DNA of 64,000 nucleotides from Candidatus Bathyarchaeia archaeon (GTDB taxonomy: Archaea; Thermoproteota; Bathyarchaeia; Bathyarchaeales; Bathycorpusculaceae): NCBI GenBank assembly GCA_038883795.1, contig JAVZLK010000005.1, positions 39,144-103,143 on the forward strand. Reading direction: 5' to 3'. Positions within the stretch are counted from its first letter, which is position 1; the number at the start of each line of letters is the position of its first letter. The notes beneath the pieces were generated by a model. That model saw only the letters and a list, made by a program, of their open reading frames with translations. It had not been told where the DNA came from and searched no databases. A program made the position numbers and the translations under genes. This document shows positions 31,001 to 39,976 of this stretch, piece after piece.

Positions 31001-31097
31001 AACAGCATGTCCAACAAAAGCCATCACCATGGGGCATTTCACAACAGAAGAAATCCTAGCCCAGGTCAAGACTGCATTGTTGGAGGTTAAGGCATGA
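28077..31097 (+). CDS. hdrA: Large tandem heterodisulfide reductase subunit A with two FAD domains (HdrA-3)
   Basis: Two GGGVAG FAD domains, FPTNDCSMC, CVGSRD..CSAACC, internal VCHCGINI/ASCTPR domain, CVGAR..CARICC and C-terminal ferredoxin. Confidence 0.93.
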   Translation: MAEERVGAVLVVGGGVAGIQASLDLADSGFKVYLIDEGASIGGVMAQLDKTFPTNDCSMCILSPKLVATGRHPNITILTNTEILGLKGEAGNFEVKLRKRSRYIIEEKCNGCGLCAQKCPIEAVDMYNEGLSERSAIYVDYPQAVPLKYKIDREKCIGCGTCYEICKAKAVAYDQQDSEATLKVGSIILAPGFEPFDAKLKSEYGYGRYPNVVTSIEFERILSASGPYGGLVLRPSDGEIPKKIAFIQCVGSRDYKLGNNYCSAACCMYGIKEAVIAKEHTPTKLDATIFYMDLRAYGKEFDAYYNRAKEEWGIRFVRSRVASITEDPSTGNLFVHYVEDEQPKTEEFDMVVLSIGMQPPKNVEKIAKVLGIELNKYKFCETKTFSPLETSKPGIFVCGAFSAPKDIPESVAQASGAAAKAMSIIASERGKLVTVKEYPPERDISQEEPRIGVFVCHCGINIGGVVNVPEVVEYAKTLPNVVYAEANLYTCSQDTQKLIREKIQQYNLNRVVVASCTPRTHEPLFRETVQEAGLNPYLFEMANIRDQCSWVHMHEPKEATEKAKDLVRSVVAKAKLLKPLKKPEISVTPVGLIIGGGVAGMTAALELAKQGFEAHLVEREKELGGHLRKIYYLLEGDNPRERLNALINDVMENARIHVHLNSEVVEISGFVGNFKSKIKHNDGKEEEVKHGIIIVATGATEYKPTEYLYGKDPRVMTQHELEEKIAKGDFKAKNVVMIQCVGARNEERPNCARICCGQAIKNALKIKEISPETEVYILYKDIRSYGFKEDYYRKASEKGVLFINYEDSGKPQVRNEKGKLEVTFWEPVIKQELTIEPDLVILSAATIPNPDNKRVAEMLKVPLTKDGFFLEAHMKLRPVDFATEGVFLCGMAHSPKYIDESIAQACAAAARATTILSKPTLEMEGIVANVNEDLCSGCRICEYLCPYGAIEMKQKDDRLIAHVIEALCKGCGACGTACPTKAITMGHFTTEEILAQVKTALLEVKA

Positions 31098-31534
31098 GTG
31101 AAAAAACAGAATTTGAACCGAAAATAATTGGTTTCTTGTGTAATTGGTGCGCTTATGCAGGCGCAGACCTAGCAGGAGTGAGCAGGATCCAATATCCTCC
31201 AAACATTAGGATAATCCGTGTCATGTGCAGCGGCAGAATTGACCCCATATTTATTCTCGAAGCTTTGAAGGATGGCGCCGATGGAGTGCTTGTTGCTGGA
31301 TGTCACTTGCCATCAGACTGCCACTATATTAGTGGGAACTTCAAAGCTTTAAGAAGGATAACTCTATTAAAGAAGGTTCTAAAAGATTTCGGAATTGAAC
31401 CTGAACGTGTGCGGTTGGAATGGGTCTCTGCAAGCGAAGGAGACAGATTCGCCGCCATAGTTCGGGATATGGTTGAGCAAATTAAAAAGTTGGGACCAAA
31501 CCCATTGAAAACGGGAGGAAAAAGGAATGAGTGA
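31094..31534 (+). CDS. mvhD: Methyl-viologen-reducing hydrogenase subunit D
   Basis: Canonical FLCNWCAYAGADLAG...RVMCSGRIDP...GCHLPSDCHY...WVSASEG. Confidence 0.96.
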   Translation: MSEKTEFEPKIIGFLCNWCAYAGADLAGVSRIQYPPNIRIIRVMCSGRIDPIFILEALKDGADGVLVAGCHLPSDCHYISGNFKALRRITLLKKVLKDFGIEPERVRLEWVSASEGDRFAAIVRDMVEQIKKLGPNPLKTGGKRNE

Positions 31535-32081
31535 AACACAAGAATACGTGCCCAGCGTTATAAAAGCTGAGGAAATGAACCCCAAATTCAAGTATGAAAT
31601 TAGCAAGAAGCATGGCGCAGAAAGGCTAATGCTTTGCTTCCAATGTGGAACCTGCACCGCTGACTGCCCAATCTCAAGATTCAGTGACTTCTACAGACCT
31701 AGAAAAATAGCGAGGATGGTGCAGTTGGGACTGAAAGATAGGCTTCTGTCAGACGAAGCTCTTTGGCTGTGCTCATCATGTTTCACATGCGTCGACCACT
31801 GTCCGCAAGGGGTGGAAATCGCTGGCATAGTGCGGGTTTTACGAAACCTTTCAGTGAAAGAAAAGGGTGTCATGCCATTAGTTTACAAGGAACTCGCCTC
31901 CAACCTCTTGAAAGGAGGATACGTATACGAAATTGTGGAGTCACGCCACAAAAAGAGAGCAGAACTTGGACTTCCGCCATTACCAAAGCCTAACCTTGAA
32001 GAAATTGCCAAAATCTTCGAAATTACTGGTTCCTCAAAAATGCTTGAAAATGTGAAAACTTTTGAGAAGGTGAAGAGTTAA
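31527..32081 (+). CDS. hdrC: Heterodisulfide reductase subunit C (copy 2)
   Basis: CFQCGTCTADCP and WLCSSCFTCVDHCP. Confidence 0.93.
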   Translation: MSETQEYVPSVIKAEEMNPKFKYEISKKHGAERLMLCFQCGTCTADCPISRFSDFYRPRKIARMVQLGLKDRLLSDEALWLCSSCFTCVDHCPQGVEIAGIVRVLRNLSVKEKGVMPLVYKELASNLLKGGYVYEIVESRHKKRAELGLPPLPKPNLEEIAKIFEITGSSKMLENVKTFEKVKS

Positions 32082-32969
32082 ATGCCAAAATATCTGATAT
32101 TTTTGGGATGCGTCATCCCATATAGGCTTTCAAGTTACGAAATTTCTGCAAGAAAAGTCCTCGAAAAATTGGACGTGGAATTGGTTGAGATGCCAACGTA
32201 TAACTGTTGTGGATACCCCATGGACGCAATAAACCACGATTTAATGCTGACTTTGGCGGCGCGAAACCTCTGTGTGGCAGAACAGCAGAACCTAAACATT
32301 TTAACCCTCTGCAATGGATGCTTCTGCAGTTTGAATGAAACAAACAAGATGCTGAAAGAAGACAAGAAATTACGGGAAGAAGTGAACGCTCATTTAAAGG
32401 AGATTGGCATGGAGTTTAAAGGAACAATAGAAGTTAAACACCTCGTCCATGTGCTGGCTGAGGATGTTGGCTTCGAGAAGATAAAAAATGCAGTTTCGAG
32501 ACCATTAACAAACCTTTCTGTAGCTCAACATTCAGGATGCCACCTAGTTCGCCCAGCAAAATATGTTGGTCACGGCGATGACCCAGAAAATCCCACAATG
32601 CTTAAAAACTTGATTAGACTAACTGGCGCTGAATGTTTGGATTATATGGATGAGACTCAATGTTGTGGAAATCCAATAATTGGCGTAAACGAAGAAGTTC
32701 CATTCCAGATGGCTAAAGAAAAACTTGACCACGTTAGAGCGGTGAAGGCTCAAGCATTAATTACGGCTTGTCCCTTCTGCCACATGATGTTTGACATGAA
32801 CCAACCAAGAATAGAAAGAGCCTTCAACGAAAAATTTGGTATACCCGTGCTGCATTATCCCCAACTGTTGGGCTTGGCCATGGGCTTTTCACCAGAAGAG
32901 CTTGGAATAAACGAGCTTAGGGTTAAACCATCCGAACTTTTAAACCAAATTCAAAAAGGAGAAAGCTAG
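32082..32969 (+). CDS. hdrB: Heterodisulfide reductase subunit B (copy 2)
   Basis: FLGC, CCGYP, CNGC, GCHLVRP, CCG and CPFC. Confidence 0.93.
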   Translation: MPKYLIFLGCVIPYRLSSYEISARKVLEKLDVELVEMPTYNCCGYPMDAINHDLMLTLAARNLCVAEQQNLNILTLCNGCFCSLNETNKMLKEDKKLREEVNAHLKEIGMEFKGTIEVKHLVHVLAEDVGFEKIKNAVSRPLTNLSVAQHSGCHLVRPAKYVGHGDDPENPTMLKNLIRLTGAECLDYMDETQCCGNPIIGVNEEVPFQMAKEKLDHVRAVKAQALITACPFCHMMFDMNQPRIERAFNEKFGIPVLHYPQLLGLAMGFSPEELGINELRVKPSELLNQIQKGES

Positions 32970-32971
32970 AA

Positions 32972-33955
32972 ATGGCTAAAGAAAAATTAAAATTCGCCTT
33001 CTACTGGGCTGCAAGCTGTGGAGGCTGCGAAATAGCTGTTTTAGATATAAATGAGAAAATTTTGGACGTTTTACAATTGGCTGACATAGTTTTTTGGCCC
33101 GTGGCTATGGACATAAAATACAAGGACGTCGAAAACATGCCAGACAAGTACATTGATGTGTGCTTCTTTAACGGCGGAATTCGCAACAGCGAACAGGAAC
33201 ACATGGCTAAACTTTTGAGGCAAAAGTCAAAAATACTTATAGCCTACGGAGCATGCGCCCACCTCGGCGGAGTACCTGGATTAGCGAACATTTCGAACAG
33301 AAGGGAAATTTTTGAAAAAGTTTATGGCACAACATTTTCCACAGTAAATCCAGAAAAAATAACGCCAAAGCCAAAAGTGACGGTTAAAGAGGGCGATCTT
33401 GAAATTCCAGAGTTTTACGACACTGTTAGAACTTTGGACCAAACAGTAGATGTGGACTATTATGTTCCAGGCTGCCCACCAGCCGTTGAGCGCACATTAT
33501 ACGCTGTGGAGGCAATAGCCAAAGGCGAATTGCCGCCAAAGGGCTCTGTGCTTGCCCCATTAAAATCCGTATGCGATGAATGCCCGAGAAAGAAGGAAAA
33601 CAAGAAAATCTCCAAAATATACCGAGTTTATGAAAAGGCTCCAGAACCCGAAAGATGCTTGCTTGAGCAAGGCATTATTTGCATGGGTCCAGCAACCCGC
33701 GGCGGATGTGGCGCCAGATGCTTAAAGGCGGATATGCCATGCACTGGATGTGGTGGACCTTGTCCCAACTCTCCTGAGCAAGGAGCAGCTATGATAAGCG
33801 CATTAGCCTCAATACTTGGTTTGGAAGAGGAAAAGGAAAAGTACACGGCGGAAGAGGTTGAGAAGCTGATAAGCCAAGTGAAAGACCCTCTTGGAACATT
33901 TTACATGTATGCTTTACCCGCCTCAATTCTTAGGAGGAAGGTGATAAGGAAATGA
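32972..33955 (+). CDS. mvhG: Group 3c [NiFe]-hydrogenase small subunit (copy 2)
   Basis: ASCGGCE, YGACA, GCPP and CMGPATRGGCGARC; close paralog of 16266..17204. Confidence 0.9.
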   Translation: MAKEKLKFAFYWAASCGGCEIAVLDINEKILDVLQLADIVFWPVAMDIKYKDVENMPDKYIDVCFFNGGIRNSEQEHMAKLLRQKSKILIAYGACAHLGGVPGLANISNRREIFEKVYGTTFSTVNPEKITPKPKVTVKEGDLEIPEFYDTVRTLDQTVDVDYYVPGCPPAVERTLYAVEAIAKGELPPKGSVLAPLKSVCDECPRKKENKKISKIYRVYEKAPEPERCLLEQGIICMGPATRGGCGARCLKADMPCTGCGGPCPNSPEQGAAMISALASILGLEEEKEKYTAEEVEKLISQVKDPLGTFYMYALPASILRRKVIRK

Positions 33956-35406
33956 AGAATATAATCATTGACCCAATAACGAGGCTTGAAGGCCACGGGA
34001 AAATCTCCATATTTTTAAATGATGCTGGAGAAGTTGAAAATGCTTATCTGCAAATTCCAGAGCTTCGAGGCTTCGAAAGATTCTGCATCGGAAGAAAAGC
34101 CGAGGACATGCCTCTTTTAACAAGCAGAATATGCGGAGTCTGCCCAGTAGCCCACCACATGGCTGGAACCAAAGCCTTAGACGCAGCCTTCAACGTGGAA
34201 CCGCCATCCACAGCGAAAAAACTTAGGGAACTCATGTACTGCGGCTACTACATTTACGACCATACACTACACTTTTACTATCTTGGCGGTCCAGACTTTG
34301 TGGTTGGTCCAGATGCACCGCCAGAGAAAAGGAATATTATTGGTGTTATTGAAAAAGCTGGATTAGACATTGGCAAAGAAGTTATAAAGCATAGGGCTTA
34401 CGGGCAAAGAATAACGGAAATAATTGGCGGAAAAGCTACGCATCCCGTCTGCGGAATTCCCGGCGGGATCTCTAAGCCTTTAAGTGAAGAGGATAGGCAA
34501 GAAATTGAGAAGATGGCTTCTTCTGCTGTAAATTTTGCCAAGTTTTCGCTGAAACTTTTTCACGACATCGTGCTTGGAAATAGTAAATATGTCGACCTAA
34601 TTAAGAGCGACACCTACACGCTGAAGACTTATTATATGGGTTTGGTTGATGAAAACAACAAAGTAAACTTTTACGACGGCAAAATTAGAGTAGTGGACCC
34701 AAATGGTAAGGAATTCGTAAGGTTCGAAGCAAAAGATTATCTTGACCAAATAGCCGAACATGTTGAAGAATGGACTTATGTCAAATTTCCATACTTGAAG
34801 AAAATTGGCTGGAAAGGCTTTGTGGATGGCCCAGAAAGTGGAGCATACCGTGTTGGACCCCTCGGAAGGCTTAACGCTTCAGACGGTATGGCTACACCAT
34901 CTGCACAAGAAGAATACGAGTTTATGTATAAAACCCTTGGCGGAAAACCAGTTCACTCGACACTGGCCTACCATTGGGCCAGACTCATTGAACTTCTTTA
35001 TGCCGCTGAAAGAGCTTTGGAATTAAGCAAAGACCCGGAAATAACAAGCAAGGATGTGCGCAACAAGCCTAGCGAACCCGGCGAGGGCATAGGGGTTGTT
35101 GAAGCTGCTAGGGGAACCCTAATTCATCATTATGTTTTGGATGAGAATGCACTAATAAAAGACGTTAACCTTATAGTGGCGACGGTTAACAATAGTCCAT
35201 CCATAAACATGTCCATTCGGAATGCGGCTAAAGGCTTAATTCACGGCGATAAAGTTGACCATGGAATACTCAATATGGTTGAGATGGCTTTTAGGGCTTA
35301 TGACCCATGCTTTGGATGCGCAACCCATTTCGCATTTGGACAAATGCCGCTATCCATTGAAATTTATGATAGCGATAAGAAGCTTTTGAAAACTGTGCAG
35401 AGATAA
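33952..35406 (+). CDS. mvhA: Group 3c [NiFe]-hydrogenase large subunit (copy 2)
   Basis: TRLEGH, RICGVC and YDPCFGCATH plus tail. Confidence 0.93.
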   Translation: MKNIIIDPITRLEGHGKISIFLNDAGEVENAYLQIPELRGFERFCIGRKAEDMPLLTSRICGVCPVAHHMAGTKALDAAFNVEPPSTAKKLRELMYCGYYIYDHTLHFYYLGGPDFVVGPDAPPEKRNIIGVIEKAGLDIGKEVIKHRAYGQRITEIIGGKATHPVCGIPGGISKPLSEEDRQEIEKMASSAVNFAKFSLKLFHDIVLGNSKYVDLIKSDTYTLKTYYMGLVDENNKVNFYDGKIRVVDPNGKEFVRFEAKDYLDQIAEHVEEWTYVKFPYLKKIGWKGFVDGPESGAYRVGPLGRLNASDGMATPSAQEEYEFMYKTLGGKPVHSTLAYHWARLIELLYAAERALELSKDPEITSKDVRNKPSEPGEGIGVVEAARGTLIHHYVLDENALIKDVNLIVATVNNSPSINMSIRNAAKGLIHGDKVDHGILNMVEMAFRAYDPCFGCATHFAFGQMPLSIEIYDSDKKLLKTVQR

Positions 35407-35432
35407 ACCATTTCTCTCTATCTCACTTTTGT

Positions 35433-35945
35433 TTGATGGCGTTTCTTTTGGGCAAAAGAAAAAGCGAAATAAAAAAACAGTTGGAAAAATGGTTTTCAAA
35501 CGCTGAAAGAGTTGTTGTGGCTGGGATTGGAAATCCCATTCGCATGGACGATTATGTGGGAGTATTTGTTGTTCAGAGTTTGCGTGGAAAAGTTTCTGGT
35601 GGGGTTTTGTTGATTGAATGTGAGACTGTTCCTGAAAGTTATATACAACAAATTATAGATTTCAACCCAACACATGTTCTTTTAATAGATGCTGCAATCT
35701 TGGGATTAGAACCAGGAGAAACGAAACTTTTAAACCCACAAGAATTAGTGAATTTTCCCGCCTTGACGACGCACATGCTTCCTTTAAGGATTTTCTGCGA
35801 ATATTTGATCAAAATGACAAGGGCAAAAATCTCTTTGCTTTTAATAGAACCCCAAAAAACCGATTTTGGAGAGGGATTAACTGCTAAGGTTGCAGTTTCC
35901 GCAAAAGAGATTATAAAGGCATTATCTGAGCTGCTAAGGTTATAA
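35433..35945 (+). CDS. Hydrogenase maturation endopeptidase (HycI-like)
   Basis: GIGNPIRMDDYVG, ETVPES, LIDAA and TTHMLPL; follows mvhA. Confidence 0.9.
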   Translation: MMAFLLGKRKSEIKKQLEKWFSNAERVVVAGIGNPIRMDDYVGVFVVQSLRGKVSGGVLLIECETVPESYIQQIIDFNPTHVLLIDAAILGLEPGETKLLNPQELVNFPALTTHMLPLRIFCEYLIKMTRAKISLLLIEPQKTDFGEGLTAKVAVSAKEIIKALSELLRL

Positions 35946-36467
35946 TCGCCTTCTTTTGCTCTTTCCTTCGGTGGGTACATATTTAACATGGAGGGTTTTA
36001 GCTAGCTTTTTCAAATCTTCTTCGCTCATCCATTCAGTTTTAAGATATTGAAGGATTCGCTCGTCGCTTAGTCCTAAACGCTTTGCCTCTTCAACTGCAA
36101 CACGATAGGCTTCGATTTCTGTTGGCCTTTCAACATAACTGAAGTTGTCGTCGAAGAGTTTTTTCCCTTCCATAAACTGTTTCACATGCACAAGCTCATG
36201 GATAATGTCAAGGTAAATGTCAACTAAATCGCCATTGTTAAGATAGTCTGCGCTTATAAACAAGTGTCCATCTTCTTCGCTGACACCCATGTAGCCTCTC
36301 CTTCCAAAAAACTCAATTCGAAGATTACGAAGAACTTCCTCGGTTTTCTCGCCAAAAATGCGCCTAACCGCCTCAACATTTTCAAAGCCTTTGAAGTAAT
36401 CGGTGAAGGGATAAGTTGTTATTTTGGCTTTGCGGACCACTTCAACATTTAGTTTTACTTCGTTCAC
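35940..36467 (-). CDS. Zincin-like (HExxH) putative metallopeptidase
   Basis: IIHELVHVKQ with downstream PTEIEAY. Confidence 0.65.
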   Translation of the reverse strand: MNEVKLNVEVVRKAKITTYPFTDYFKGFENVEAVRRIFGEKTEEVLRNLRIEFFGRRGYMGVSEEDGHLFISADYLNNGDLVDIYLDIIHELVHVKQFMEGKKLFDDNFSYVERPTEIEAYRVAVEEAKRLGLSDERILQYLKTEWMSEEDLKKLAKTLHVKYVPTEGKSKRRRL

Positions 36468-36575
36468 TTTATCTGTTTCTCCACAGCAACAACGCCTTAT
36501 TTTTATAGAAAAATAACCCTTGAATTATAAGGCTTTTTATAACCACTCCAATTTTAGATACACTAAGGGAATGGC

Positions 36576-37421
36576 ATGTTCTTTATAAGGAAAATGTCCA
36601 AAGAAGACTTGGACTTCGCTATCCGTCTCACTGACACTAAAAATTGGGGCTTAACTGAAGAGGATTTCCTCTTCATGATGAAGTTGGAGCCTAATGGTTG
36701 TTTTACATTATGGGAAAATTCTGAAAGAGCTGGCATTGTAACGTCAATAAATTATGGAAGAATTGGTTGGCTTGGAAACCTTATAGTAGAGGAAAAGCAT
36801 CGCCGAAAAGGAGCAGCCTCCCTATTAGTCAAACAAGTTATTAATTGCTTGATGAGCAAGGGGGCAGAAACAGTTGGCTTATACTCTTACATAGACGCTG
36901 TAACGTTTTACAGAAGATTAGGTTTCCAAAGAGATGAAGAGTTTACTGTTATGGAAGGAAAAGCCTCAAAATCCGAAATCAAAGCTTCCGAAATTAAAAA
37001 GGCGAAGGAAAAGGATGAACTACAAAAAATTATCGAATACGACAACTCTTGCCTTAATATTTCAAGGAAAAAACTGCTTGAAACCATATTTTATCAACCC
37101 AAAAACTTATGCTATTTTTCAATAGAAAAGGGCGAAGTTTGTGGGTATGTTATGGCGAAAGTCTATGAAGGTTTCGCTGAAGTTGGGCCTCTAATCTGCA
37201 ATAGGGAAAACCATGAAGTGGCGCTTAATCTTATTAAAACCGTTTTGAACAAGGTTGAAGGCTCTTTTGTGACATTATGCCTTCCAAAAAAGGAGTTAAC
37301 ATTAAGAAAAGCGTTTAACCAGTTGGGAATTAGAGAGAGTTTTGATGTCACTAGAATGTTTTTTAGACCAATAAACCTTAAAGACTGTATTTACATTGCC
37401 GAATCTTTAGAGAGGGGATGA
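36576..37421 (+). CDS. Tandem GNAT acetyltransferase
   Basis: GWLGNLIVEEKHRRKGAA...FYRRLGF, plus a second GNAT-like half with EVGPL. Confidence 0.85.
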   Translation: MFFIRKMSKEDLDFAIRLTDTKNWGLTEEDFLFMMKLEPNGCFTLWENSERAGIVTSINYGRIGWLGNLIVEEKHRRKGAASLLVKQVINCLMSKGAETVGLYSYIDAVTFYRRLGFQRDEEFTVMEGKASKSEIKASEIKKAKEKDELQKIIEYDNSCLNISRKKLLETIFYQPKNLCYFSIEKGEVCGYVMAKVYEGFAEVGPLICNRENHEVALNLIKTVLNKVEGSFVTLCLPKKELTLRKAFNQLGIRESFDVTRMFFRPINLKDCIYIAESLERG

Positions 37422-38809
37422 CCACCTTGTCCAATATGGATTTAGCAAAATTATTAGTTACAGATTTTCTTAAAAGTTCATGGAATTGTGTGGAAACCCT
37501 TGTTAAAGATTTGACAAGCTTTAAAGAAAGAGGAGATGCAAGCAAACGGAAGGATGTTAAACTATTCTACTTCAAAAATGGAAAAAGAAACGATGTGACC
37601 GTTGGAGGACGGCATTATTTCCTCAGAACCTCTGTTGAGTATTCAAACCCTCAGCTAACAGTAGAAGAAGCTCAAGGAATTATTGCTGCCCGATTATTGG
37701 AGGCTTGTGCCAATCACTTCTATACAGCAGGGATTCATGAAGCCACTAGTAAAGATGTGGATGAAATATGTGAAAAATTGAGGAAACCTCCAGAAGGCTT
37801 GATCGTCCCTTTTCTGATTAACACAGATGATATTGAACCAGATAGGTACTCAATGAATCCGCTTAAAGAATCAATAGTTAGTAGTGGACAAAGCGCATTT
37901 CCCGTAGCCACCGTGACTACGGAAAAGCTTGAGGTAGACCAGAGATTTGTTCAGAAATATGAAGGTTCATTAATTTGTAGGGGTGACATTGAGCTTGTTA
38001 AAAATTATCTTGAGAGATACAAGTGTTACATGGATATGGCAGATGCGGTCAAATATGATCTTTTAGAAAAATTTTCAGAAATTTTTGGAATAAACCTTAG
38101 CTTGTATGCAATGCGAATGCCGCTTACGGTTATGAAAAATGAAACTTCGGACGGGCTTTTACATCACATCATACGGGAAGTGCATAAAGACTATGCCTCC
38201 ATCGAAAGCATTTATAAGTGTATAGGTAGAAGCCTCAAAAGTCGAACAACACTGTTGACAATACCTCATTCGTCAAAGGGTTATGGTTCAAAAAGGGCGG
38301 CGAAAGGCAAGATATACTTTGAAAATGATGTGCTAAAGGAAGTGAAGGTGGATTATGAAACGACTTTGCTTTATCCAAACGCCATCGATCCAGCAGACGT
38401 GAGTATCGCTAAAGCTGACGACCATTTTAGAATTAAGAGAGAAAAATTCGTTAATTATAGTTATACTGAAACGCCCTCCTCTCCACAGTTCTTTTTGTAT
38501 ATGTTGGCTTCGCCTGAAAATGCTGCGTTATGGCATGGTATTGGAGCTTTTGGGGCTTCGCAGCTTGTTAAAAGCTACGTTACAGTTCGATTCATGTGCG
38601 GTAAGGGTTTGTTGATAAGGAATCTTGAAACTTATGGCGTGTCCACGAGAATTCCTTTGCAATTTAATCTTATGCCTGAACACATGTGGGCGCATCCAAT
38701 ACATCATAACATTGATGCAAGTATAGGCTGCGTTGAAAATTTAAACTATTTTACACAATTGGGCATGAAAGTGGAAACGCTTCCAGCAGCAAGTTTTATC
38801 CGAGAATAA
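37418..38809 (+). CDS. Hypothetical protein (463 aa)
   Basis: Long ORF overlapping the GNAT stop (ATGA); no motif I recognise. Confidence 0.8.
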   Translation: MTTLSNMDLAKLLVTDFLKSSWNCVETLVKDLTSFKERGDASKRKDVKLFYFKNGKRNDVTVGGRHYFLRTSVEYSNPQLTVEEAQGIIAARLLEACANHFYTAGIHEATSKDVDEICEKLRKPPEGLIVPFLINTDDIEPDRYSMNPLKESIVSSGQSAFPVATVTTEKLEVDQRFVQKYEGSLICRGDIELVKNYLERYKCYMDMADAVKYDLLEKFSEIFGINLSLYAMRMPLTVMKNETSDGLLHHIIREVHKDYASIESIYKCIGRSLKSRTTLLTIPHSSKGYGSKRAAKGKIYFENDVLKEVKVDYETTLLYPNAIDPADVSIAKADDHFRIKREKFVNYSYTETPSSPQFFLYMLASPENAALWHGIGAFGASQLVKSYVTVRFMCGKGLLIRNLETYGVSTRIPLQFNLMPEHMWAHPIHHNIDASIGCVENLNYFTQLGMKVETLPAASFIRE

Positions 38810-38824
38810 CGGGAGTGCTTTAAA

Positions 38825-39436
38825 ATGTTCTTTAGGCAAGTAAAACAACATGGCGACAACTTCTCTTATATAATCGCAGATGAAATAACAAAGGAAGCAG
38901 CTGTTGTTGACCCAAGTTTTAATGCCAAAAATTTAACAAAACTTTTGAAGGAAAAGAATTTTCGCTTAAAATATATCGTTAACACGCACGGTCACGGTGA
39001 CCATACGGCGGGAAATGAAGAAATGAAAAAGGCTTTTAATGCGAAGATAGTCGCCCACAAACTCGCAAGGATGAACAAGGATAGAAGCGTAGGAGACGGT
39101 GACCTCTTAATGGTTGGTAAAATTCCAATAAAAATCATTCACACTCCAGGGCATACGCCAGATAGTATATGTCTCCTTGTGAACGATAAACTGCTGCTTA
39201 CCGGCGATACGCTCTTTGTTGGTGAGTGTGGCAGAACCGATCTGCCGGGCGGAAGTCCAAAAGAAATGTACCATAGCCTTTTCCATAAGTTAATGAAACT
39301 TGATGATAACATTGAAGTTTATCCAGGACATGATTATGGACCAAAACCACATTCAACAATCGGAATTGAAAGAAGAACAAATTACACTTTAGAAAAGCGC
39401 ACAATTGAGGAATTTATAGAATTTATGGAAAGTTAA
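38825..39436 (+). CDS. Metallo-beta-lactamase-fold hydrolase (glyoxalase II/ETHE1-like)
   Basis: THGHGDH, HTPGHT, TGDTLF..CGRTD and YPGHDY. Confidence 0.9.
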   Translation: MFFRQVKQHGDNFSYIIADEITKEAAVVDPSFNAKNLTKLLKEKNFRLKYIVNTHGHGDHTAGNEEMKKAFNAKIVAHKLARMNKDRSVGDGDLLMVGKIPIKIIHTPGHTPDSICLLVNDKLLLTGDTLFVGECGRTDLPGGSPKEMYHSLFHKLMKLDDNIEVYPGHDYGPKPHSTIGIERRTNYTLEKRTIEEFIEFMES

Positions 39437-39475
39437 TAAGCGGCAATGAAGGAAAAATTGGGAGGTTAAGGAACG

Positions 39476-39976
39476 TTATATAGTTTTCAAGGCTTCTTGG
39501 AAAAGTTTCTTTGTGGCGGCAATCCTCGCCTTTTGAGCTAGAACATCGCTGGTAACAAGGTCCAAGGCTTCTTCTGGACACCATTTGACACACTGGGGTT
39601 CGCCCTTATCTTTGCATAAGTCGCAGACAAAAACAACTTTCCGATCCGGATGTATCATAATTGCCCCATAATCACAAGCTTCAATGCACCATCCACAGCC
39701 ATTGCATTTGTCCTCATCAACCATTATTATGCCCGTTTCCTCGGACTGCGTTAGGGCGTCTCTTGGACATGCAGCAACACATGGCGGATCCTCACAGAGT
39801 CTGCAAGCGATTGAAACGTTTACCAGCGGGTTTAATCGCACCACTCTTATTCTTGATTTTAATGGGTTGAAGGCTTTTTCTTTCTCAAAAGAGCATATGT
39901 ACTCGCAAACTTGGCATCCAACACATTTATCCGGGTCGGCTGTAACAAATTTTCTTTCATGCACCTTAACCATCAT
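39476..39976 (-). CDS. 4x[4Fe-4S] electron transfer subunit (CooF/DmsB-like) associated with AOR
   Basis: CVGCQVCEYIC, CRLCEDPPCVAACP, CNGCGWCIEAC and CDLC...PQCVKWCP. Confidence 0.88.
   Translation of the reverse strand: MMVKVHERKFVTADPDKCVGCQVCEYICSFEKEKAFNPLKSRIRVVRLNPLVNVSIACRLCEDPPCVAACPRDALTQSEETGIIMVDEDKCNGCGWCIEACDYGAIMIHPDRKVVFVCDLCKDKGEPQCVKWCPEEALDLVTSDVLAQKARIAATKKLFQEALKTI

Noticed and set aside
10878-35406. Reading the Hdr/Mvh genes as evidence of methanogenesis
   Set aside because: There are no mcr, mtr or coenzyme M/B biosynthesis genes in the window, and Hdr/Mvh is widespread in non-methanogens.
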